Shown: in pieces, positions 20,336-26,470 of the stretch
Layout of the letters: each line of letters starts with the position of its first letter
Position numbering within the stretch: the stretch's first letter is position 1
Source of the DNA: an uncultured bacterium
GTDB lineage: Bacteria > Patescibacteriota > Minisyncoccia > Phycocordibacterales > GWA1-40-21
Reading direction: 5' to 3'
Assembly: GCA_903832855.1 (NCBI GenBank)
Contig: CAILDB010000009.1
Coordinates: 1-36,807, forward strand
DNA length: 36,807 bases
Made by a program: the position numbers and the translations under genes
Notes under the pieces: generated by a model
Databases searched by the model: none
Told to the model about the DNA's origin: nothing
Seen by the model: the letters and a program-made list of their open reading frames with translations, nothing else

Positions 20336-20620
20336 TTATCTCAAATGAAAAGTAGGCGAAGAGCTATGCCCATTTGGATTATGAATTGTATTGTGCACAG
20401 CACCTCCTTTGATTTCAAACCACGGAACAGCAGAAGCACCTTGTGGATGATATGCAGTGGTAAAAACTTTGTCACCCTGAATTTTAAACTGTGGTAAAGG
20501 GCTTGCGCCTTCCGGATGATATGCTGTCTTGTAAACATTATTTCCACGAACTTCATATTGCGGTTTCATCGTGTGAGTCGTGTTGCCATATTTGGCATCA
20601 TAGAATTTTAAATTAGGCAT
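20336..20620 (-). CDS. Small tandem-repeat protein (three ~23-aa repeats), unknown function
   Basis: The repeats are PQYEVRGNNVYKTAYHPEGASPL, PQFKIQGDKVFTTAYHPQGASAV and PWFEIKGGAVHNTIHNPNGHSSS. A consensus promoter lies directly upstream. Confidence 0.6.
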   Translation of the reverse strand: MPNLKFYDAKYGNTTHTMKPQYEVRGNNVYKTAYHPEGASPLPQFKIQGDKVFTTAYHPQGASAVPWFEIKGGAVHNTIHNPNGHSSSPTFHLR

Positions 20621-20629
20621 AATATGTAT

Positions 20630-20658
20630 ATTATATCACTTGCCAAATTCATTGACAA
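20630..20658 (-). promoter_or_regulatory. Near-consensus promoter TTGTCA-17-TATAAT (with TG extension), 9 nt before ATG 20620
   Basis: The minus strand reads TTGTCA (complement of 20653-20658), a 17-nt spacer, then TGATATAAT (complement of 20630-20638). Confidence 0.7.
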
Positions 20659-20680
20659 TTAAATTAGAAGGGTATTTAAT
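20652..20680 (+). promoter_or_regulatory. Promoter TTGACA-17-TTTAAT for the small gene at 20704; its -35 overlaps the opposite promoter's -35
   Basis: TTGACA at 20652-20657 and TTTAAT at 20675-20680. The two -35 hexamers share the palindromic AATTGTCAATG core. Confidence 0.55.
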
Positions 20681-20703
20681 GGTAATAGAAAGGAGTTATT
20701 ATC

Positions 20704-20868
20704 ATGAATATATTAAGGTGCGTATTTGGTCACAAGTGGAAAAGTGAGCATGAAAGGCCACATGTCCGAATATGCCAAGTTTGCGGTAGGGAGGAGTGGT
20801 TAATGCTCGGCCGTGTTTGTAAAACATTGGCGTGGAAAAAAGTAAGACCACTTGATCCGTTGCCATGA
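20704..20868 (+). CDS. Small Cys/His protein (54 aa), DUF1660-like CxFGHKW motif
   Basis: MNILRCVFGHKWKSEHERPHVRICQVCGREEW... AGGAG Shine-Dalgarno at 20691-20695 and a terminator downstream. It is below the ORF-track length cutoff and was translated by hand. Confidence 0.55.
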   Translation: MNILRCVFGHKWKSEHERPHVRICQVCGREEWLMLGRVCKTLAWKKVRPLDPLP

Positions 20869-20886
20869 TTGTGGTTCTTGATATCG

Positions 20887-20936
20887 ACTCGCTAGCTGAC
20901 GAGAGAAAACTCTTGTTTGCTAGCGAGTTTTTCTTT
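20887..20936 (+). terminator. Rho-independent terminator
   Basis: Stem ACTCGCTAGC (20887-96) / GCTAGCGAGT (20919-28), followed by TTTTTCTTTT. Confidence 0.75.
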
Positions 20937-20955
20937 TGAAAAAATTTATAAAAAA

Positions 20956-20964
20956 TGGTAAGAT
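20956..20964 (+). promoter_or_regulatory. Extended -10 TGGTAAGAT, 6 nt before ATG (leaderless gatC)
   Basis: TGGTAAGAT-N6-ATG(20971). Confidence 0.5.
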
Positions 20965-20970
20965 GATTAA

Positions 20971-21255
20971 ATGCTGGAAATCAATGACATTGAAAAACTT
21001 GCGACTCTTGCAAGGATAAAACTTACGGATACGGAAAAAACTAAATTTCTAAAAGAAATTGAGCCGATTTTGGATTATGTGGCACAGCTCAAAGAAGTTT
21101 CTTCGAGCATATCTGGCACACCAAAAGTCGGCGAACACCGAAACATTGCACGTCCTGATGAAAATGCAAAAGAATCCGGAACTCATACCGATGCTCTTGT
21201 GGCTGAAATGCCAGAATCTGAAAGGAATTATTTGAAAGTGAAGAAGATTTTGTAA
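20971..21255 (+). CDS. gatC: Asp-tRNA(Asn)/Glu-tRNA(Gln) amidotransferase subunit C
   Basis: 94 aa. IEKLATLARIKLTDTEK and the PILDYVAQL motif. Lies directly upstream of gatA. Confidence 0.88.
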   Translation: MLEINDIEKLATLARIKLTDTEKTKFLKEIEPILDYVAQLKEVSSSISGTPKVGEHRNIARPDENAKESGTHTDALVAEMPESERNYLKVKKIL

Positions 21256-21268
21256 TGACAGAAAAAAT

Positions 21269-22708
21269 ATGGAAATTGATTTAAAAAATTTAACAATCAA
21301 AAAAGCGCACGAGGATATGGTAAGTGGAAAGTATTCTGCTGTAGATTTGGCATCTGCTTATCTTGAAGAAATAAAAAAGAAAGATGGTGAGCTTCACACC
21401 TATTTGGAAGTGTACGGAGATGTCTTGGAGCAGGCAAATAAAGCTGATGAAATTATAAAGTCCGGAAAAGCGGGACTTCTCACAGGAATTCCAATTTCAA
21501 TAAAAGATAATATTTTAATAAAAGGACGAAAGGTCTCTGCCGGCTCAAAAATTTTGGAAAATTACACTGCGACCTATGATGCGACGGTGATAGAAAAGCT
21601 CAAAAAAGAGGGCGTGATTTTCATTGGCAGGACAAATATGGACGAATTTGCGATGGGTGGGTCCACCGAAAATTCGGCCTATGGCCCAACGAAAAACCCG
21701 ATAGACGTATTGAGGGTGCCTGGGGGGTCTTCGGGCGGTGCGGTGGCTTCTGTGGCCTCAGGCGAGGTATTGGTCGCCTTAGGATCAGACACAGGAGGGT
21801 CAATTCGTCAGCCGGCAAGCTTTTGTGGAATGGTGGGTTTGAAGCCAACTTATGGCTTAGTTTCGAGGTATGGTCTTATGGCAATGGGCTCATCTTTTGA
21901 TCAAATCGGGCCTATTGGAAAAACGGTGGAAGATGTGGAAATTATTTTTAATGTAATAAAAGGAAATGATCCAAAAGATGGAACTTCTTTAAAAAATTCT
22001 GATTTAAAATTAGAGAGCACGGTAAAAAATAAAATGAAGATTGGTGTGCCTTATGATTCTCTGAATGTCGGCGGATTGGACAAAGATGTTTTAGATTCTT
22101 TTAACGAATCAATCGAAAAATTAAAAAAGCTCGGACATGAAATCGTGAAAATAGAATTACCAAATCTTAAATATTCTTTGGCTGTTTATTATGTCCTTAT
22201 TCCCGCAGAAGTTTCATCAAATATGGCGCGTTTTGATGGAGTCAAATATGGGCTCAGACTTTCTGGAGAAAATGGTATTGATGATTATTTTGTTACTAGG
22301 GCAGAAGGCCTTGGCGGTGAAGTAAAAAGAAGAATCATCATCGGAACTTATGTTCTTTCTTCAGGGTATTATGATGCATATTATAATAAAGCGAACCTTG
22401 TTCGTGAGCTCATCAGAGATGATTACAAAAAAGCTTTTGAAAAAGTGGACGTGATAGTGACACCGACTACTCCGAGTGTAGCATTTAAAATAGGAGAAAA
22501 AGCAAACGATCCTTTACAGATGTATTTGGAAGACATCTTTACGGTGCCAGTGAACCTTGCTGGTGTGCCTGCGATATCCGTCCCATGTGGATTTAAAATG
22601 ATAGATGGTAAAAAGTTACCGATTGGCTTGCAGTTTATTGCAAATCACTGCGATGAAGAAACACTTTTTAAAATAAGTAAGGATTTTCTTTGTGAGTTCA
22701 CCCTCTAA
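21269..22708 (+). CDS. gatA: Asp-tRNA(Asn)/Glu-tRNA(Gln) amidotransferase subunit A
   Basis: Amidase signature GGSSGGAVASVASG...GSDTGGSIRQPASFCG. 479 aa. Confidence 0.92.
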   Translation: MEIDLKNLTIKKAHEDMVSGKYSAVDLASAYLEEIKKKDGELHTYLEVYGDVLEQANKADEIIKSGKAGLLTGIPISIKDNILIKGRKVSAGSKILENYTATYDATVIEKLKKEGVIFIGRTNMDEFAMGGSTENSAYGPTKNPIDVLRVPGGSSGGAVASVASGEVLVALGSDTGGSIRQPASFCGMVGLKPTYGLVSRYGLMAMGSSFDQIGPIGKTVEDVEIIFNVIKGNDPKDGTSLKNSDLKLESTVKNKMKIGVPYDSLNVGGLDKDVLDSFNESIEKLKKLGHEIVKIELPNLKYSLAVYYVLIPAEVSSNMARFDGVKYGLRLSGENGIDDYFVTRAEGLGGEVKRRIIIGTYVLSSGYYDAYYNKANLVRELIRDDYKKAFEKVDVIVTPTTPSVAFKIGEKANDPLQMYLEDIFTVPVNLAGVPAISVPCGFKMIDGKKLPIGLQFIANHCDEETLFKISKDFLCEFTL

Positions 22709-22721
22709 AGTTTTTACTAAC

Positions 22722-22748
22722 GCCGAGCACCATCAGATGGTGCTCGGC
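22722..22748 (+). terminator. GC-rich hairpin after gatA (possible terminator, no clear T-run)
   Basis: 11-bp stem GCCGAGCACCA / TGGTGCTCGGC with a TCAGA loop. Confidence 0.4.
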
Positions 22749-22847
22749 AAGAAAAGTTGATTTAACTACTAACAAAGTATTTTTTATGTTATTATATTAA
22801 TAAAAGTTTTGTCCAACTTTTCATTAGTAAAAATTTTTTAGGGTAAA

Positions 22848-23522
22848 ATGGCTGATAAACCTTTTAAAAAACCAGCACCTACATCTTCAGGAGGCAATGA
22901 AAGCTGGAATTTTTTGATTACATCTTTAGTCATCCTAGCTTTACTTTATGGACTTTATCAATATATTATTTCTGCTTCATCTGCAGGTTCGGGCGCTATC
23001 GGCAAAGTAGGATATTATTTTTCTGTTTTACCAGACTATTTGATTCCATTTTTTGCAAAATTTATGGTTCTGGGAATTTTTGTCGGTATTGCTTTTGCTA
23101 TTCTTTCGGTGATATGGGGGATGAAATATTTTGAAGAATTGAAAAAAACAAAAGAGGTTTTAAAAATTCATATTTCTGAAGAGGAAGAGGCGGAAGAGTT
23201 TGGCGAATTTCATTTCAAATGGGAAGAGGTTGTAAAATATGCAAATTCTCAAAATGAAAACGATTGGGTGCGTGCAATAATTTCCGCAGATGTTATTTTG
23301 GGAGATATTTTGGATAGGATGAATTTGCCGGGGGATACGATAGGAGATAAACTAAAAGCTGTTGAAAAAGGGGATTTTCAGACGCTTGACGACGCGTGGG
23401 AAGCACACAAGATAAGAAATGCCATTGCACACTCTGGTCTTGATTTTCAAATAAACCAAAGAGAAGTAACTAGGGTAATAGGGCTTTACGAAACGGTCTT
23501 TCAGGAGTTCAAAATTATCTAA
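22848..23522 (+). CDS. Membrane protein with cytoplasmic C-terminal helical domain carrying an RNAIAH (R-x4-H) motif
   Basis: Two or three TM segments in the N-terminal half, then an acidic linker, then WEAHKIRNAIAHSG. No family assigned with confidence. Confidence 0.6.
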   Translation: MADKPFKKPAPTSSGGNESWNFLITSLVILALLYGLYQYIISASSAGSGAIGKVGYYFSVLPDYLIPFFAKFMVLGIFVGIAFAILSVIWGMKYFEELKKTKEVLKIHISEEEEAEEFGEFHFKWEEVVKYANSQNENDWVRAIISADVILGDILDRMNLPGDTIGDKLKAVEKGDFQTLDDAWEAHKIRNAIAHSGLDFQINQREVTRVIGLYETVFQEFKII

Positions 23523-23533
23523 AATTTTCTCAC

Positions 23534-23562
23534 TTGCCTAATCAGGTCCTTTCTGTTATATT
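23534..23562 (+). promoter_or_regulatory. Promoter TTGCCT-17-TATATT (TG-extended) for tRNA-fMet
   Basis: TTGCCT at 23534-39 and TGTTATATT at 23554-62. The tRNA starts at 23575. Confidence 0.65.
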
Positions 23563-23574
23563 TAAACCCATTAT

Positions 23575-23645
23575 CGCGGGGTGGAGAAGCGGTATCTCGC
23601 AAGGCTCATAACCTTGAGGCACACGTTCGAGTCGTGTCCCCGCAA
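23575..23645 (+). tRNA. tRNA-Met(CAU), initiator type (C1 x A72 mismatch), CCA not encoded
   Basis: CGCGGGG-TG-GAGA-AGCGGTA-TCTC-G-CAAGG-CTCATAA-CCTTG-AGGC-ACACG-TTCGAGT-CGTGT-CCCCGCA-A. The unpaired 1:72 position is the bacterial initiator hallmark. Confidence 0.85.
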
Positions 23646-23652
23646 CATGTTT

Positions 23653-23697
23653 AAAGAAAGACGGCCCCGACATCGGATGTCGGGGCCGTCTTTCTTT
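23653..23697. terminator. 21-bp perfect hairpin flanked by an A-run and a T-run (bidirectional terminator-like)
   Basis: AAAGAAAGACGGCCCCGACAT-CGG-ATGTCGGGGCCGTCTTTCTTT. Confidence 0.85.
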
Positions 23698-23728
23698 TTC
23701 CCCTAAAGTATATTATATTGGTGAGTAT

Positions 23729-23802
23729 GCCGATGTAGCTCAGATGGTTAGAGCGGGCGTTTCATAAGCGCCAGGTCATTGGTCCGAGTCCAATCATCGG
23801 CA
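23729..23802 (+). tRNA. tRNA with CAU anticodon (elongator Met, or Ile2 if lysidine-modified)
   Basis: GCCGATG-TA-GCTC-AGATGGTTA-GAGC-G-GGCGT-TTCATAA-GCGCC-AGGTC-ATTGG-TCCGAGT-CCAAT-CATCGGC-A. The T-loop has C at position 55. Confidence 0.8.
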
Positions 23803-23851
23803 CAAAATAATATTTGATTTAAGTTTTTTTTTGTGCTATTTTTGTGACTAT

Positions 23852-24130
23852 GCGGGCGTAGTTCAACGGTAGAACGCTCCCCTGTAGACGTGCAGCTTTT
23901 TGTCGAGAGGCAGATTGAAACTCTCTGGGATAACGGTGAAGGCTAAGTTTCGTTTAGAAATATGCGAACACCGTGGGAACCCCTCAAATTTTGAGGGGGC
24001 GCCGTAGAGACTAGATACCGGAGTACCCTAACTCACTGTGTGTGAAGGGTAAAGATATAGTCCATGCCAGTATGAAAATATTGGAAGAAGTGCACGGGAG
24101 AGGTCGTGGGGTCAGCACCCATCGTCCGCG
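23852..24130 (+). tRNA. tRNA-Asp(GUC) gene interrupted by a group I intron in the anticodon loop
   Basis: 5' exon at 23852-23885 and 3' exon at 24093-24130. Acceptor GCGGGCG/CGTCCGC, anticodon stem CTCCC/GGGAG, spliced loop CTGTCAC and discriminator G73. Confidence 0.8.
23886..24092 (+). ncRNA. Group I self-splicing intron, 207 nt, no ORF (IC3-like by resemblance to known tRNA introns)
   Basis: R-like element GTAGAGACTAGA (24004-15); exact S element AAGATATAGTCC (24052-63); P7 GACTA/TAGTC; P4 ACGGTG/CACCGT; P6 8-bp hairpin; P8 TACCCT/AGGGTA; P9 with GAAA tetraloop. Guide sequence GCAG pairs with exon CTGT through a U.G wobble, and the intron ends in a terminal G. Confidence 0.85.
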
Positions 24131-24136
24131 CAAAAT

Positions 24137-24159
24137 AAAGCCCCGGTTGGGGCTTTTTT
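24137..24159 (+). terminator. Rho-independent terminator after tRNA-Asp
   Basis: AGCCCC-GGTT-GGGGCT followed by a T6 run. Confidence 0.8.
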
Positions 24160-24160
24160 G

Positions 24161-24209
24161 TTGCGCGGACGAAGCAAGCAAATGATTTTGCTTGCGTTGG
24201 GTGCTGACC
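24161..24209. repeat. Inverted copy of the tRNA-Asp T-arm/acceptor 3' segment, split by a 26-nt hairpin
   Basis: TTGCGCGGACGA (24161-72) and GGGTGCTGACC (24199-209) are exact reverse complements of 24122-33 and 24110-20. The insert is AGCAAGCAAATGATTTTGCTTGCGTT. Confidence 0.85.
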
Positions 24210-24290
24210 GCCGGAACCATGTTTTTCTAGCAAGAAAAACAGGTGAGGCGCGGCTAGCAAAAATTTTGTGACGACAAAATTTTATGCGGA

Positions 24291-24319
24291 GCCAGCACCG
24301 TTCCCCATCGTCCGCGCAA
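24291..24319. repeat. Direct copy of the tRNA-Asp 3' end
   Basis: CCCATCGTCCGCGCAA (24304-19) is identical to 24118-33. The upstream CAGCACC is also shared, with a 5-nt GTTCC insertion. Confidence 0.85.
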
Positions 24320-24361
24320 TTTAAAAATCGCCTAACAAACCGATTTTTAAATTGCGCTTTT
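24314..24361 (+). terminator. 17-bp perfect hairpin plus T-run (second terminator-like structure)
   Basis: GCGCAATTTAAAAATCG (24314-30) / CGATTTTTAAATTGCGC (24341-57), followed by TTTT. Confidence 0.7.
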
Positions 24362-24389
24362 CAGCATTATTCTCACCCGCTTCTTTTTG

Positions 24390-24398
24390 TGTTATCAT
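24390..24398 (+). promoter_or_regulatory. Extended -10 TGTTATCAT, 8 nt before ATG (leaderless)
   Basis: TGTTATCAT-N8-ATG(24407). Confidence 0.5.
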
Positions 24399-24406
24399 AT
24401 CACCTT

Positions 24407-26182
24407 ATGAATAAAGGCGAGAATATAAGAATTATACAGATAATGGAACAATTTTGGGCCGGTGTTAAACCTAACCGAGTGCCTTTTTTTATATCGTATT
24501 TCTTTTGCTTGGTTACAAACATAGTTGCTGTTTTTGTCCCTCTATTTTACAAAAAGTTTTTTGATTTGCTCGGTCAGTCTGGAGACAAATCACTGATAGC
24601 GAATAACTTGATTCAGATTATTTTTATTATTGCCGGATTGCATTTTGTCATGTGGATTTTTTGGAGAATCTCTGATTTTAACGGCACATTGATGATGTCA
24701 AACGTAATGGCTCGACTCAAACAAAATGCTTTTAATTACATGCTGAAGCATTCTTACGGTTTTTTTACCAACAATTTTACTGGCGGTTTAGTTCAGAGAG
24801 TGAACAGATTTACTCGTGCTTTTGAGTCTCTCAGTAACAGTATCGTTTACCAAATCATACCGCTTACGATTACCATTTTAGGTTCTGTGATTGTTACATA
24901 TTTTATTGCTCCTGTCGTATCCATTTTAATTATTATCTGGATAATTGTATTTGTTATTTTTTCTCTTATCATCTCACAGTGGAAATTAAAATACGATATT
25001 ATTTCAGCAGAGGCAGATTCACAGACGACTGGATATTTGTCTGACAGTATTACAAACAATAATGCAATTTCATTGTTTACAGGTCATGGTTATGAATCGG
25101 ATGCTTTTAAAGATGTAAGTAATAATCAGGCTAGAAAAACAAGATTTTCTTGGTATTTGAGTGATACTATTGATGCTGTTCAATCTTTTTTGATTGTTTT
25201 GATAGAGTTTTTTATTTTTTATTATACGATAAAATATTGGGAAAAAGGTTTTACAACCATAGGAACTTTTGTTTTGGCTCAGACATATATCATAGGTTTA
25301 GCACAACAGCTTTGGGGATTAAATAAAACTATCAGGACAATTTATCAAGGCATTGCGGACGCCAAAGAAATGGTAGAGATACTGGTAAAGCAATATGAAA
25401 TAAAAGATTCACCTGACGCAAAGAAATTATTGGTGAAGAAAGGAGAAATTGTTTTTAAGGATGTTAGTTTTAAATTTGATGAGAACCGTGAGGTCTTAAA
25501 TAATTTAAATTTAACCATAAAGCAAGCGGAAAAAGTCGCTGTCATTGGGCCGTCAGGAGCTGGTAAGACTACTTTTGTTCGTTTGATTATGCGTTTGTAT
25601 GAAATAGTCAAAGGTAAAATAGAAATAGATGGTCAAGATATCAGTGGCGTTACTCAGGATAGTTTGAGAGAGAATATTAGTTTGGTTCCACAAGATCCTG
25701 TTTTATTTCATAGGACTTTGATGGAAAATATTAGATATGGCAGAAGAGATGCTACCGATGAGGAGGTTATTGAGGCGGCTCGTCTGGCACATTGTGCAGA
25801 ATTTATTGATGTTTTGCCGGATAAATACAATACATATGTCGGCGAAAGAGGAATAAAACTTTCTGGAGGAGAAAGACAAAGGGTGGCTATCGCTCGAGCG
25901 ATTCTAAAAAAGGCGCCTATACTTATTCTTGACGAGGCGACTTCAAGTTTGGACTCATATTCAGAATCCTTAATCCAAAAAGCATTGGATAATCTTATGA
26001 AAAATTGCACTACAATTGTAATTGCTCACCGACTTTCCACTATCCGAAAAATGGACAGGATTATCGTCATGGAAGATGGTAAAATAATTGAGGAGGGAAC
26101 ACACGAAGAACTTTCAAACAAAAACAGTGGTCTTTACAAAGATCTTTGGGAACTTCAAGCGGGGGGATTTATTCAGAAGTAG
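24407..26182 (+). CDS. ABC exporter, fused permease/ATPase (MsbA/type I exporter-like)
   Basis: Six-TM domain followed by an NBD with Walker A GPSGAGKTT, signature LSGGERQRV and Walker B ILILDEATS. The track ORF starts at 24284, but that stretch covers tRNA repeats and terminators. Confidence 0.9.
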   Translation: MNKGENIRIIQIMEQFWAGVKPNRVPFFISYFFCLVTNIVAVFVPLFYKKFFDLLGQSGDKSLIANNLIQIIFIIAGLHFVMWIFWRISDFNGTLMMSNVMARLKQNAFNYMLKHSYGFFTNNFTGGLVQRVNRFTRAFESLSNSIVYQIIPLTITILGSVIVTYFIAPVVSILIIIWIIVFVIFSLIISQWKLKYDIISAEADSQTTGYLSDSITNNNAISLFTGHGYESDAFKDVSNNQARKTRFSWYLSDTIDAVQSFLIVLIEFFIFYYTIKYWEKGFTTIGTFVLAQTYIIGLAQQLWGLNKTIRTIYQGIADAKEMVEILVKQYEIKDSPDAKKLLVKKGEIVFKDVSFKFDENREVLNNLNLTIKQAEKVAVIGPSGAGKTTFVRLIMRLYEIVKGKIEIDGQDISGVTQDSLRENISLVPQDPVLFHRTLMENIRYGRRDATDEEVIEAARLAHCAEFIDVLPDKYNTYVGERGIKLSGGERQRVAIARAILKKAPILILDEATSSLDSYSESLIQKALDNLMKNCTTIVIAHRLSTIRKMDRIIVMEDGKIIEEGTHEELSNKNSGLYKDLWELQAGGFIQK

Positions 26183-26336
26183 TATTATGATAACACTGAT
26201 CCAAATGAAGTAAGAGAGGAATTATTTGATAAAATAAAAATGCTTGGCTTGGGTAAAAGCGATGAGGAGACAAGGGGTTACGATACTCAGATATTCCAAT
26301 TAGAATAACAAGGAAAGTAGACTTTTTTATTTTATG

Positions 26337-26345
26337 TGCTAATAT
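26337..26345 (+). promoter_or_regulatory. Extended -10 TGCTAATAT, 6 nt before the leader-ORF ATG
   Basis: TGCTAATAT-N6-ATG(26352). Confidence 0.45.
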
Positions 26346-26351
26346 AGATAT

Positions 26352-26402
26352 ATGTCAACAAAGTCATTAAAGTTTAATAACTCACATACAAGCCTCTTGT
26401 AG
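26352..26402 (+). CDS. Candidate 16-codon leader peptide upstream of hisG (MSTKSLKFNNSHTSLL)
   Basis: Its start context matches the window's leaderless genes. The stop codon lies in the loop of the first attenuator hairpin. It has only one His codon, so any regulatory role is uncertain. Confidence 0.3.
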   Translation: MSTKSLKFNNSHTSLL

Positions 26403-26470
26403 AAGGGGTAACTTTTGATTTCTATTTAGTCTTTAGAATCTTGGACCCCTTCTGCAAGGGGCTTTTTGTT
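26393..26470 (+). promoter_or_regulatory. Attenuator-like set of mutually exclusive hairpins upstream of hisG
   Basis: Segments: 1 CCTCTT (26393-98), 2 AAGGGG (26403-08), 3 CCCCTT (26446-51), 4 AAGGGG (26456-61), then a T5 run. Segments 2 and 3 can pair as GAAGGGG/CCCCTTC (7 bp). Confidence 0.45.
26446..26470 (+). terminator. Rho-independent terminator immediately upstream of hisG
   Basis: CCCCTT-CTGC-AAGGGG followed by CTTTTTGTT. Confidence 0.65.

Noticed and set aside
23877-23890. Reading the tRNA at 23852 as an uninterrupted gene with anticodon loop CTGTAGA (tRNA-Tyr GTA).
   Set aside because: No complementary anticodon-stem, T-arm or acceptor strand follows within normal tRNA distance. 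The matching GGGAG and CGTCCGC strands lie 207 nt downstream, past a sequence with group I core elements. Bacterial tRNA-Tyr is also type II with a long variable arm.
23883-24092. Alternative splice junctions (after T23883 and G24090) that would give the loop CTTGCAC, i.e. tRNA-Ala(UGC).
   Set aside because: No guide sequence pairs with exon ...CCCCT near the intron 5' end. The acceptor stem has G3:C70 rather than the Ala identity pair G3:U70. The discriminator G73 and the loop CTGTCAC both fit Asp.
24284-24406. The N-terminal 41 codons of the ORF-track ABC exporter ORF (start at 24284).
   Set aside because: This stretch covers the direct tRNA 3'-end repeat and a 17-bp terminator-like hairpin. 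TGTTATCAT-N8-ATG at 24407 matches the start context of other genes, and MNKGENIR... precedes the first TM helix at a normal distance.
26183-26308. A 41-codon open extension in the same frame directly after the TAG stop of the ABC exporter (YYDNTDPNEVREELFDKIKMLGLGKSDEETRGYDTQIFQLE), as possible stop-codon read-through or a gene remnant.
   Set aside because: By my rough estimate, in AT-rich sequence a 41-codon open stretch has about a 5% chance of occurring. TAG is used as a genuine stop elsewhere (ligA), and no start codon or promoter is evident. It is worth a BLAST check only.
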